This document shows, one piece after another, positions 1 through 9,282 of a stretch of DNA of 64,000 nt. The position numbers and the translations under genes are program-made. Source of the DNA: a virus (Duplodnaviria > Caudoviricetes); IMG/VR virus record IMGVR_UViG_3300010149_000008, one strand, 5' to 3'. Every line of letters starts with the position of its first letter. Position 1 is the first letter of the stretch. The notes under the pieces were generated by a model, which searched no databases, was not told the origin of the DNA, and worked only from the letters and a program-made list of their open reading frames with translations.

Positions 1-1389
1 TCCAGTGTTAACGAAGTAGAAATTTCAGCATCATCAGCGAAAATATTAAACAGGATGATTTCTAAAAAGAGAATGAAAGAAGCTGCTTCAAATAAATTAA
101 GTAAAATTAGTGAAAGTACTAGGTCGCTAAAAAAAGCTATTTTAATTGCTGAAAGCTCAAATAAAAGTAAAAAATTTAGTAAAAAATTCGTACAAGCGTA
201 TAAGACTTTGTTGAATGAGCTTAAAAATATTGGCAATAGCGATATAATTAAATCAGATAAAACATTATTAAGAGAATATTTAAAAATATCTAAGGAGTTA
301 AAGAATATGTCTACAAGACGCAGATCGAGAAAAAACTATCTTAACGAAAGTCTAGAAGACCTTCTAGAAATGAACATCTTCGAGGATGAAGATGAAGATG
401 AAGAATTAGATGATGAAAAAAGCGAAGTCGAAGCCGAAGACGACGACGAAGATGCTGATCTTGAATTAGATCTAGACGACGAAGGCGAAGACGACGACGA
501 AGGTGGAGAAGAATTAGATCTAGACGATGACGTAGACGATGACGATTATAGCTCTCTCATGTCAGAGCCTCTAGAAGACATACTTAAGTCAGCACTTAAA
601 GGTATGGGAGAAGGCGATGATGATCTAGACTTAGAAGTTGCTGAAGAAGGTGTTGACGAAGTCTATGAAATGGACGAGCTAGACGAAATGGACGAGCTAG
701 ACGAAATGGAAGAAGGACCCGGATGTGATGAAGATGATCAACAAGAAATGCATGCTGAGTCTAGACGCCGCGGAAAAGATCTCTTTTTAGAGATCGATGA
801 AAATATGCTTAAAAAAGAAATTACTAAAATGAGAAGACTTCGTGAAGGCGAAGCATCAGACATGGCATCACACTTTGGTGGTGGCAGTTTGGACAAGGAA
901 ATGTTCGTTGATGTAGACGACGGTGATCTTAATGTACATGCAGGTGTTTTAGGCCGCGAGGATGTACCGATGCCAAAGGTTGAAGCAGCACTCCGAAAGA
1001 CAGTACGCACAAATCGTATGTTAGAGAGCAAGATTCGACAATATAAAAATGCGGTTCGTGGAATGAAGACGCAATTAACTGAGATGAACCTGTTTAACGC
1101 TAAGCTTCTATACGCTAACAAATTGATGCAAAATAGAGATCTCTCTATGAAACAACAGCGTCACATTGTTGAGTCACTAGATGAAGCAGGTACTTTAAAC
1201 GAGGCGAAACTCTTGTTCGAGAGTCTCTCTAAGTCTTTGAGTAAACCTTCCAGAAGAAGCGGCAAAAATCTTTCAGAGGGTGCTAACAGAAGAACTCTTT
1301 CTTCAGCATCACGTTCTACAAAGAGTGCTCAAACACTCAAAGAGAACGTTGCTCTAGATCGATGGGCAACTTTAGCTGGAATTAAGTAA
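1..1389 (+). CDS. Prohead core/scaffold protein (T4 gp22-like position), 5' end truncated by the window
   Basis: Frame 1 is open from base 1 (SSVNEVEISASSAKILNR) into the Met at 55. Very acidic central region, C-terminal coiled coil ending LDRWATLAGIK, several L-x-E motifs (LNES, LREG, LSEG, LKEN); lies directly upstream of the capsid gene. Confidence 0.7.
   Translation, partial: SSVNEVEISASSAKILNRMISKKRMKEAASNKLSKISESTRSLKKAILIAESSNKSKKFSKKFVQAYKTLLNELKNIGNSDIIKSDKTLLREYLKISKELKNMSTRRRSRKNYLNESLEDLLEMNIFEDEDEDEELDDEKSEVEAEDDDEDADLELDLDDEGEDDDEGGEELDLDDDVDDDDYSSLMSEPLEDILKSALKGMGEGDDDLDLEVAEEGVDEVYEMDELDEMDELDEMEEGPGCDEDDQQEMHAESRRRGKDLFLEIDENMLKKEITKMRRLREGEASDMASHFGGGSLDKEMFVDVDDGDLNVHAGVLGREDVPMPKVEAALRKTVRTNRMLESKIRQYKNAVRGMKTQLTEMNLFNAKLLYANKLMQNRDLSMKQQRHIVESLDEAGTLNEAKLLFESLSKSLSKPSRRSGKNLSEGANRRTLSSASRSTKSAQTLKENVALDRWATLAGIK
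665..712 (+). repeat. Short 18-bp tandem repeat in the scaffold gene (MDELDE x2-3)
   Basis: gaaatggacgagctagac repeated; translates as EMDELDEMDELDEMEE. Bounds approximate. Confidence 0.8.
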
Positions 1390-1439
1390 TTAACCTTTAA
1401 AACACAGAATTTATATTAAGAAAGAAGGATAAAACAAAT

Positions 1440-3455
1440 ATGAGTTTTACACTTAAAACATTAACAGAAGGTATTAGAGACCGCCACGTAGGCCAGCAAA
1501 ATAAGCGCCTCGTTGAGAAATGGTCTCGCACTGGGCTCCTTAGAGGCATGGACGACGTAAACCGTGAGAACATGGCAACAATGCTTGAGAACCAGGCAGC
1601 ACAAGTTCTTCGCGAGAGCAACACAATGAGCAGCGGTGAGGTTGGTGGTTTCACTAACATCGCATTCCCAATCGTTCGTCGTGTTTTCGGTGGTCTTATT
1701 GCTAACGAGCTAGTTTCAATCCAACCAATGAGTTTACCATCAGGTCTTCTCTTCTACCTTGATTATACATACGGTGGTGATAGCGGTGGATATGGAAAAG
1801 GTGAGTCAATCTACGGTGGCCCAGCAGGCAAGGCAATCCAAAGTGGTGCTCTTGCTTCTGGCGGTCAATATGATCTAGTAGGTAGCGGCTTTTCTAGAAA
1901 ACCAAAAAGACTTTTAGTTTGTGACGGTGGTAATGAAGCACGTGCTGCTAATGCTGTGTTGGCTGATGATCGTGATGAGGTTGTTGCAAATATTAATGAT
2001 TTAGCAACTTTATTAGTTGACCAAAACCCAGCTTTTGTTGGTGCTCCTGCTGACGGTTCAAATGCTTTTGCAGCGTTTGGTACAAATAGTCAAGTAATTA
2101 AAATTGATCAAGCTGAGCATTTAAAGCTAATCCAGTTTGACTCACAGCTAGTTGATAGAATTACTGCTGTAGCTGATGGTGGTTTAGGCGAAAGATACGC
2201 ATTTATGGCACTTCTTTTAAGTGGTATGAGTAGCGTAGATAAGGCAATGGCAAAAGATATCGTTCTTCTTGGAGCATTTGACGACGGTGACGGTACAGAA
2301 GCACTCTCAGCAGTTCTTCCAGATGCAGTTCAAGCAGGACCTGCGCACAACGTGAGAAGACTCAATCAATTAGGAACTTTTGCAGGTGGAGTATTTACAC
2401 CTGATTCAATTGGCGGGACACACGTACTTATGGTTGTTCACTTAGGTGATAAAGATAGTACTGCGCATATATCAGGACAAATTGCTGGAAATAATGCGGC
2501 TGATAACTCTGTTGACGCGCTTACTCTTACTTTCGTGAGAGAGGACACAGTTGATCACCTTGATTCTGCAGGTGCAGCAACATTTGGTTCTGTAACTGGC
2601 GCTCCTGCATTTGAAGGTGACGGATCAGGTGGCACAGCAGATGCTTCTGATGGCACTGCGAATCTTGATATTCCAGAGATTGATATCAAGATTGAGTCAA
2701 TTCCTGTAACTGCTCAAACACGTAAGTTAAGAGCTCGTTGGAGCCCAGAGCTTGCGCAAGACCTCAACGCGTACCACTCAATGGACGCAGAGGTTGAGCT
2801 TACTCAGATCCTTTCAGAGCAAATTGCACTTGAGATTGACCGTGAGATCCTTGGTGATCTTCTTACTGGTGCTCAAGGCGCTAACTTCTTCTGGAGCCGT
2901 TCTCCAGGTAAGTTTGTTAACAAGCGTACTGGTAGTGAGATTGCTCGTACTTCAACTCTTAACCCTGGACCAGCTTTCACTGGTACAGTTCGTGAGTGGT
3001 ATGAGACTTTGACCGAGACAGTTATTGACGTAGCTAATGAGATTCACCGTAAGACTCTACGTGGTTCTGCTAACTTCATCGTGGTTTCACCTGACGTTGC
3101 AACAATCCTTGAGGCTTCAGTTCTTTATCGTCCTTCATATAGCATTGATGGTGACGGCCAAGTTGGTGCTCCTTTCACAATGGGTGCTGAGAAGGTTGGT
3201 ACACTTTCAAATCGTTTCACAGTTTATAAAGATCCTTACTTCCCACGCAACAAGATCCTTGTTGGTTATAAGGGTGGTTCTTATCTCGAGACTGGTTTCG
3301 TTTATGCTCCATATGTACCACTCATCGTTACACCGACTATCTTCCAGCCTGACGATTTCACCCCGAGAAAGGGTGTTATGACTCGTTACGGTAAGAAGAT
3401 GGTACGTGCGGACTTCTATGGTACAGTAACATGCCTCGATATGAACATTATCTAA
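1440..3455 (+). CDS. gp23: Major capsid protein, T4 gp23-like
   Basis: LVEKWSRTGLL, FPIVRRVFGGLIANELVSIQPMSLPSGLLFYLDY, TRKLRARWSPELAQDLNAYHSMDAEVELTQILSEQIALEIDREI, YAPYVPL, PRKGVMTRYG: all gp23 hallmarks. Confidence 0.96.
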   Translation: MSFTLKTLTEGIRDRHVGQQNKRLVEKWSRTGLLRGMDDVNRENMATMLENQAAQVLRESNTMSSGEVGGFTNIAFPIVRRVFGGLIANELVSIQPMSLPSGLLFYLDYTYGGDSGGYGKGESIYGGPAGKAIQSGALASGGQYDLVGSGFSRKPKRLLVCDGGNEARAANAVLADDRDEVVANINDLATLLVDQNPAFVGAPADGSNAFAAFGTNSQVIKIDQAEHLKLIQFDSQLVDRITAVADGGLGERYAFMALLLSGMSSVDKAMAKDIVLLGAFDDGDGTEALSAVLPDAVQAGPAHNVRRLNQLGTFAGGVFTPDSIGGTHVLMVVHLGDKDSTAHISGQIAGNNAADNSVDALTLTFVREDTVDHLDSAGAATFGSVTGAPAFEGDGSGGTADASDGTANLDIPEIDIKIESIPVTAQTRKLRARWSPELAQDLNAYHSMDAEVELTQILSEQIALEIDREILGDLLTGAQGANFFWSRSPGKFVNKRTGSEIARTSTLNPGPAFTGTVREWYETLTETVIDVANEIHRKTLRGSANFIVVSPDVATILEASVLYRPSYSIDGDGQVGAPFTMGAEKVGTLSNRFTVYKDPYFPRNKILVGYKGGSYLETGFVYAPYVPLIVTPTIFQPDDFTPRKGVMTRYGKKMVRADFYGTVTCLDMNII

Positions 3456-3510
3456 GATAATTAGTAAAGCATAAACCAGATTTATTCTGGTAACTCTAGT
3501 GATATCAATT

Positions 3511-3544
3511 AAACCGTTTAGATTGAATTTTAAGCGGTTTTTTT
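3511..3544 (+). terminator. Rho-independent terminator after the capsid gene
   Basis: Stem aaaccgttta / taagcggttt (one G-U pair) followed by a T-tract. Confidence 0.8.
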
Positions 3545-3615
3545 GTATTTGCAAATAGAATAGCTAAAAATACATACAATATAGCATAATTATAATTGAT
3601 TTTAAAGGTAAAGAA

Positions 3616-4782
3616 ATGTTTAAAAAAAGAGATACAAAAATATTATTAGAAAACTGGAGAAGGTTTTTAAATGGTGAAGTATTTGAAGATAAAAAAGTTA
3701 ACGAAATTTATCAAACTGTTTATGCAGGAGGCGGGGGATACGTAACAACTCAGACAGATATACCTAGAAACGATTATTTGATTTATGACGATTATTCTAT
3801 GATATTAGGAAGAGGCATGAACGAAAGTGCTGGAGGAGAAATTCAGATGCAAGCACTTACAAAAAAATTCGTAAAAGAAAATGGAAGCCCTGAACTTGAC
3901 ATTGTTGACTTTTTTTATGAAGTTATTGAATCTTCTTTTGGCAGGTCTAGTGGTGAGCAAAGAAAAAAAGAATTAGAGCTTATTAAGCAAAGAGCTGAAT
4001 TTTATAAAACTGTTTTTTCTCCTTCTATGTACACAGACGAAAAAACTATTATCTTTTTACCTTTGGCACATTTCGGTGACAGGGATTCAACGACTGAGTC
4101 ACAAAGACCTTACATAAAAAAAGACACATCGGGTAAACACGTAGACTTTGACATTTCAAATGAAGAACTTTCAGGAAAAAAAGATTTTAAACAAATAGAA
4201 ATGGATAATGTTAGTGATAATTTTGGTAAAGAAAGTGTACATGAATATTTAACGCTTAAAGATAATATTAACTGGTCAATGCATGATCTAGGACATGCTA
4301 TGATTGAGAGTGTATTTGATAACGATTCTATTATAGACTTTGAAGAGCATCACCCACAAGAAAAAGACAGTCATGAAGCATTTGACTTTATTTTCAAAGA
4401 CTTATCAGCAAGAGGAAAAAGAGAAATAGATTCACTAGAGAACGATGTTAAAAGAAGTGATGCTTTGCATATAAAAGAACTTTTAAATGCATTAACTCCA
4501 GGTGTTGGAGAAGGTGACTTAGAATTTTCTTTGTTTGCAAAACTTATAAAAAACCCTACAGACAAAGGCGTTCAAGAATTAGTTGATTTAATAACTAAGA
4601 ACATAAGAAACAATTTAAATCAGATACACCCTAAAATTATTAAAAGATTTAATATAGATAGCGAAATTTCTTCTGGACTTTCTACTTTAAAGAAATTTTT
4701 AGAAAAAGTATTACATGTTCATAAAGAAGTAGGAAATAGAGTTCATGATGTTTTTAAAATAATTTATGTACCTAAGAATTAA
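3616..4782 (+). CDS. Hypothetical protein, possible internal virion protein
   Basis: 388-aa ORF with SD (aagg); N-terminal ILLENWRRFL motif. Confidence 0.6.
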   Translation: MFKKRDTKILLENWRRFLNGEVFEDKKVNEIYQTVYAGGGGYVTTQTDIPRNDYLIYDDYSMILGRGMNESAGGEIQMQALTKKFVKENGSPELDIVDFFYEVIESSFGRSSGEQRKKELELIKQRAEFYKTVFSPSMYTDEKTIIFLPLAHFGDRDSTTESQRPYIKKDTSGKHVDFDISNEELSGKKDFKQIEMDNVSDNFGKESVHEYLTLKDNINWSMHDLGHAMIESVFDNDSIIDFEEHHPQEKDSHEAFDFIFKDLSARGKREIDSLENDVKRSDALHIKELLNALTPGVGEGDLEFSLFAKLIKNPTDKGVQELVDLITKNIRNNLNQIHPKIIKRFNIDSEISSGLSTLKKFLEKVLHVHKEVGNRVHDVFKIIYVPKN

Positions 4783-4840
4783 ATCGTAAAAACTAATAGT
4801 TATATTATATTTAAATACATAAATCAAATAAAGGATTATT

Positions 4841-5218
4841 ATGTTAAGCAACAGAAAAAATACTAGTGTAGTTGTTTCATCTTGGAGAGACTATTTAAGC
4901 GGAAAGCCTGCTAGAAAAAATTTAAACGAAGCAGTTCACAATGCAGACGGAGATAGAGAAGAATGTTTTAAAGCACTAATTTCAGACTTATTAGATCGTG
5001 GTTGGGATGATGATAGAGTTGATGTACTAGTTATTGATGTATTGAAAAAATGTAATATTTCTGATGAAGAGCTAGAGATGATTGCTTACGAACGACCTAG
5101 CAGTCATGAGCTTAACAACGACAAAGATATGGCAGAATATAATGATGATGATTACGACCCAGAGTATAATCCATTAGGCACAGAAGAAGATTCACTTTAT
5201 AATCCAGGCGATCGATAA
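4841..5218 (+). CDS. Hypothetical acidic protein
   Basis: 125 aa, SD aagga; N-terminal VSSWRDYL...LNEA resembles the N-terminus of the previous gene. Confidence 0.6.
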   Translation: MLSNRKNTSVVVSSWRDYLSGKPARKNLNEAVHNADGDREECFKALISDLLDRGWDDDRVDVLVIDVLKKCNISDEELEMIAYERPSSHELNNDKDMAEYNDDDYDPEYNPLGTEEDSLYNPGDR

Positions 5219-5252
5219 TTAATACTTTTTATTAGACTTACTAGGATTTAAA

Positions 5253-5618
5253 ATGAAGAAACCAAAATTCTATGAAAACAGCAGCGTACCTAAGATTTTA
5301 AGTAAGTTTGCGCCTATTGAAATATGGGCAATTACTTTAGGCCCTTGGGTTTTTTGTCGTGGCGAGTTAGCTGAAAAAACAAAGAGGCATGAAACAATTC
5401 ATTATTTACAGTATAAAGAGCTTTGGTTTATTGGTTTTCTATTAATATACATATTTGATTATCTATGGGCTGCAGTTTTAAGCAGAAAAGGGTTTTCTCG
5501 TGCGTCTTACCTTTCCATAAGGTTTGAGCAAGAAGCGTGGAACTGCGATGAATTTGAGGACTACTTAGAAAATAGAGAACCTTATGCATGGAAAAATTAT
5601 CCGTTAGGTGGTGAATAA
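5253..5618 (+). CDS. Small HExxH-motif (zincin-like) protein with a hydrophobic segment
   Basis: RHETIHYLQ motif, hydrophobic LWFIGFLLIYIFDYLW, downstream FEQEA that could supply a third ligand. Confidence 0.55.
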   Translation: MKKPKFYENSSVPKILSKFAPIEIWAITLGPWVFCRGELAEKTKRHETIHYLQYKELWFIGFLLIYIFDYLWAAVLSRKGFSRASYLSIRFEQEAWNCDEFEDYLENREPYAWKNYPLGGE

Positions 5619-6145
5619 TGCCTTTTATGAGACAATATAACAGTCAAAAAAAAGTTTCTAAAAGAATTAATACTAGTCCTTCTAAAAGTGATATCGATAC
5701 TGCTAAAAAGCTAGGAATTGATTTGGGTAAAAGCTGGAATGCGTATTCTAAAGAAGTAAGAGTTCACATTTACATAAAAAATATGGATGAAATGGTTAGG
5801 TTTTACAACAAAATACTAGAATTTCCTGTCGTAAGATATTGGAGGTATTCTGATGGTGATGGCACGCAAATAGACTTAGGTGGCAACGTTATAGAATTAT
5901 TTTCTAAAAGCAGTAGAAACTATTCAAATAAAAACTTTCATGGAAACGTTTCACTTTCAGTAAAAGTAAAAGATGTAAACAAGTTATATGAAAAATTTAG
6001 CAAGAAAAATATAAAGCTAGGTGAGTTAATAGAAAATCCTTGGGGTGATGCATCTTTTCACGTTGTTGATCCTGAAGGCAATCGTTTAGCTTTTTTTAGT
6101 CCGACGATTAAAAAAGAAAAATATTACAAAGTTAAAAAAAGCTAA
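5618..6145 (+). CDS. VOC (glyoxalase/bleomycin-resistance) family protein
   Basis: MVRFYNKILEF, VIELF, VKVKDVNKLYEKF, NPWGDASFHVVDPEGNRLAF; TAATG overlap with the previous gene. Confidence 0.85.
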   Translation: MPFMRQYNSQKKVSKRINTSPSKSDIDTAKKLGIDLGKSWNAYSKEVRVHIYIKNMDEMVRFYNKILEFPVVRYWRYSDGDGTQIDLGGNVIELFSKSSRNYSNKNFHGNVSLSVKVKDVNKLYEKFSKKNIKLGELIENPWGDASFHVVDPEGNRLAFFSPTIKKEKYYKVKKS

Positions 6146-6293
6146 TATAATTATTTAGTCAGTCCTATCTATGCGTTTTATACATTATGTGAAGAACAAG
6201 GGTGTCAGCGTATAAAAAGTGTAGTAATGCCAATTGACTTGCTGGATTTTCATCCTTTCTTCAGCGAGAAGGAAACGTAGGAGGGCAATTTTT

Positions 6294-6548
6294 ATGAAGT
6301 GGTATATGTACGTTATTCTCTGTTTTGACAATTCTTTTTATTGCGGTATTACCACAAATCTTGAAAAAAGATTAAAACAGCACAACGGTGCGATCAAAGG
6401 CGGGGCAAAATACACAAGAAGCCGGCGTCCTTGCAGATATATATACAAAGAAGATGCTCAAAATAGAAGTGATGCATCAAAAAAAGAAGCAACTTTTAAA
6501 AAATTAAATAGAAAACAAAAAGAAAAGTATATTAACTTTATTTCCTGA
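6294..6548 (+). CDS. Stand-alone GIY-YIG endonuclease (UPF0213/YhbQ/SLX1-like)
   Basis: WYMYVILC...FYCGITTNLEKRLKQHNG..KGGAKYTRSRRP. Start reassigned to the ATG at 6294 (SD aggaggg upstream) instead of the TTG at 6234. Confidence 0.88.
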   Translation: MKWYMYVILCFDNSFYCGITTNLEKRLKQHNGAIKGGAKYTRSRRPCRYIYKEDAQNRSDASKKEATFKKLNRKQKEKYINFIS

Positions 6549-7644
6549 ACTCTGGACTAATATAGTCAACGCCCAGAGCAGAAAAAACTTGCTTTTCATT
6601 TTTAGGCATTAAAAACTTTTGCTTATTCTTGTCATAAAGATAATCAAAAGAATAAATAACATCTCTTTTAAAACCTTCATATAACATCTTTACATTGTGC
6701 GCAGCGCTACCAGTCCAGTAACATCTTCTTGTTGGAATAGAAGTCGGACTACACATAAAGACGTCACATTGCATTCCTTCTTTTACAAACTGAACTATGT
6801 TCTTAAAAGATCTTGTTCTACTTTCAGAAACTATATTTCTTTTTAATGTGTTACCGAATAAAAAGCTATAATTCTCCATAAATCTTTTTTCATCCAGAGG
6901 ATGTCTATTTATTCTGCCGGCATCTTTATGACCTACAATATTAACAATTAGATCTAAGTCGCCTACAATGCTTTTCTTTCTACGAAGAGAGCCAGCATTG
7001 TATATATTTTCAACAATAAAGCCATTTTCTTCTAAAATATTGGTAACTTCTTCTTTAACAATGCCGAATACGTTTTTAGCATATTCGTAATCTTTTTTTT
7101 CGCAGCCTAGAGATGCACCTTCATTTAAGAGACTATTGCGATTATTTAGCTTAGATTCTTTAATTACATGATGAGATCCGTCCCAAAAGCCTTCTAATGC
7201 TTTAAAGTCACAAAGATGAATTGCTTCGTGAATAATGCTTTCTTTTAAAAACCTTATATGACTTTGTAAGTTAAATTTTGTCCAGTCAATTTTTAGCTGA
7301 CCGTTGTCTTCATATAAATGATTTGGTTTATAAACATATCCATTAACAACACGATCACAAATACTCTCACCAATTGTTTTCATCTTATTAATTGCTTTAA
7401 CATCAGAATACTTAAAAAGTTCTAAATCAATACTCTCAGCTAACAGTGAATCAAAGCTATATAGAAAATAGTCATAGTCTTTTACTTGATGAGATCTGTT
7501 TTCCATTAAAGCTTTATGATAGTTGACAATTGAAGCGCTATAATCAAAAACATATCTGTCTTTTTCAACATGATACATTACGTTTTCTAATGCCAACTCT
7601 TCTATGCCTTTTACTAACATTTTATGCTGTTGTTTAGTTAGCAT
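6538..7644 (-). CDS. polX: DNA polymerase X family nucleotidyltransferase with an unrelated ~175-aa N-terminal extension
   Basis: AGSLRRKKSIVGDLDLIV (GS and DxD), MQCDVF (third Asp), YWTGSAAHN, EKQVFSALGVDYISPEFR (PolX thumb). Confidence 0.88.
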   Translation of the reverse strand: MLTKQQHKMLVKGIEELALENVMYHVEKDRYVFDYSASIVNYHKALMENRSHQVKDYDYFLYSFDSLLAESIDLELFKYSDVKAINKMKTIGESICDRVVNGYVYKPNHLYEDNGQLKIDWTKFNLQSHIRFLKESIIHEAIHLCDFKALEGFWDGSHHVIKESKLNNRNSLLNEGASLGCEKKDYEYAKNVFGIVKEEVTNILEENGFIVENIYNAGSLRRKKSIVGDLDLIVNIVGHKDAGRINRHPLDEKRFMENYSFLFGNTLKRNIVSESRTRSFKNIVQFVKEGMQCDVFMCSPTSIPTRRCYWTGSAAHNVKMLYEGFKRDVIYSFDYLYDKNKQKFLMPKNEKQVFSALGVDYISPEFRK

Positions 7645-7654
7645 TTTAAGCTCC

Positions 7655-8443
7655 TTATAAAAGAACCTTGTTCATAGCTCTTTTAGACTCTTTAATAAAC
7701 CCATTGTTAAATTCCATAAAATATTCTTCAATAGAATAAATCTTTTTAGAGTCACGACCTTTTACACCAATTTCGCCTAACAACTCAGCATCAATGTCTT
7801 GTTGACTTAATAAGTCATAGTCCATTAAAATCTTTGTGACTTCTTTAGCTCTTTGCTGTCCGTTTTTTCTAGCTGACTTTTGAAAAGCTAGGTTTAAATC
7901 ACCTAATAAATTGCCACTATTACTTTTATCACCTTGAGCAGTAAAAATATTTCCACTCGGCACGTGCTCAATATCACCTTCAGTACCTCTAGTTACTTGT
8001 GAGTCAACAATTAAGAAAAAATCTTCTTTTGGCATGCCTCCGCCTTGCATGTTTGCATCTACAGCGTCGCCTACATCTTGTTGACCTGGGCTGTATGTTC
8101 CATGCCATATATTACCATTAGGATCAACCCATCCTACACCTTGAACATATGAACCACCAGGAGCAGCTAAGCCTTGTTGATTTCTATTGCTGTTGTAAGA
8201 TGATTGTGAAGATGAAGGGTCTTCAAATCCCATTTGTCTTCTCTCTTGTCTTTGTCCTGCCTGTCTATATAGCTCTTCGTCTGCAGCAGAGTGTCCAGGG
8301 AAAGAAGGACCTCGCGATGATCTTCCTCCTCTTACACCACCTCTAGCGTCACCTGCCATTCCATATCTGGTGTCACCCGGAGTAGAAACTTCTTCTATTG
8401 TTTCTCTTATAAGTCTTCGAAGATTTTTAATGCTAATTTTCAT
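7655..8443 (-). CDS. Hypothetical G/S/Q-rich protein, probable internal virion protein
   Basis: N-terminal MKISIKNLRRLIRETIEE amphipathic motif; low-complexity middle. Confidence 0.55.
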   Translation of the reverse strand: MKISIKNLRRLIRETIEEVSTPGDTRYGMAGDARGGVRGGRSSRGPSFPGHSAADEELYRQAGQRQERRQMGFEDPSSSQSSYNSNRNQQGLAAPGGSYVQGVGWVDPNGNIWHGTYSPGQQDVGDAVDANMQGGGMPKEDFFLIVDSQVTRGTEGDIEHVPSGNIFTAQGDKSNSGNLLGDLNLAFQKSARKNGQQRAKEVTKILMDYDLLSQQDIDAELLGEIGVKGRDSKKIYSIEEYFMEFNNGFIKESKRAMNKVLL

Positions 8444-8447
8444 TTAA

Positions 8448-9236
8448 CTAGTCCTTTTCTAGATTATCTTTTATTAAATATTCTCTAATTATGTCTTTTT
8501 TTGGTAGCACTACACATTTATTTGATTTTTCTTTTAAATAAATTCTTTTATTTTTTAGCGGATCTAAACTGTTTACAAACACTGGGTTTGATGTATATAG
8601 AATTTGTGCAGGTCTAAATATGCATTTGTCAACTCCTTCACAATGCTTTTCAAACCAAGGTTTAAGTGTTTCACCATCATACGCTTCGCTTAACATAAAC
8701 CAAAGATGTGCCTTAATTTTATTACTATTAAAAAACATGCCATTTGAAAACTGGCAAACGTAACTTGAATTGTGGAATGATTCATGAAGCGTTTTTACAA
8801 ACATTTCAACAGCTAGTTCTCTATGACTTTTTATCTGTAAGTTGCAATTTAGAGGTTTTTTAAAGTCATCAATGTCTAGCATAATCCATTTTTTTGGATG
8901 ATCAACTATTGTAGGCTTATGACAAATACCTTCTTCAATTTTCTCTTTAATTAGTCTTCTAATCTTATAACCTCGTGTCTTTAAGTTATAAGCATTTTCT
9001 GTTATTTTACCTCTAACAAAACAACAATTTCTTTTCCAAGCGTATTTTTCTACAAGCGAATTTAAGTCGTATATGTCTAAAATTGCTACTTCGTTAAAGC
9101 TATAGTACTTAGAAAAATTTTTATCTATAAGCTCATATTCTTGATTTTGATTTAAATACCAAGACTTGTGTTGTTGTGTATTACATTCTAGAATAGTAAC
9201 TAGATTATTGTTCTTTTTTTTCATTAATTTTGCCAT
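8448..9236 (-). CDS. Archaeo-eukaryotic primase (AEP)-like primase-polymerase domain
   Basis: WIMLDIDDF (DxD), QFSNG...KIKAHLWFML (S...H), VDKCIFRPAQILYTSNP (third acidic motif). Confidence 0.55.
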   Translation of the reverse strand: MAKLMKKKNNNLVTILECNTQQHKSWYLNQNQEYELIDKNFSKYYSFNEVAILDIYDLNSLVEKYAWKRNCCFVRGKITENAYNLKTRGYKIRRLIKEKIEEGICHKPTIVDHPKKWIMLDIDDFKKPLNCNLQIKSHRELAVEMFVKTLHESFHNSSYVCQFSNGMFFNSNKIKAHLWFMLSEAYDGETLKPWFEKHCEGVDKCIFRPAQILYTSNPVFVNSLDPLKNKRIYLKEKSNKCVVLPKKDIIREYLIKDNLEKD

Positions 9237-9282
9237 ATTGTTTTAAAATAATTATTACACAACATGACAAAATAAACAAATC

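Noticed and set aside
738-3554. Antisense and alternate-frame ORFs over the scaffold and capsid genes (738-, 1397-, 2752+, 3037+, 3207-)
   Set aside because: Shadows of strongly biased coding sequence; no SD and no recognisable motifs.
3616-4782. HDLGH in ORF 3616 as a possible HD or metalloprotease site
   Set aside because: A single short motif with no supporting elements; function left unassigned.
6146-6293. Intergenic stretch examined as a tRNA/ncRNA or as stop-codon read-through of the VOC gene
   Set aside because: No cloverleaf or T-loop. The frame after the TAA stays open for about 44 codons but has no start or motif, which can occur by chance.
6234-6293. TTG start for the GIY-YIG gene given by the ORF track
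   Set aside because: The ATG at 6294 has a clear SD and starts right at the conserved domain.
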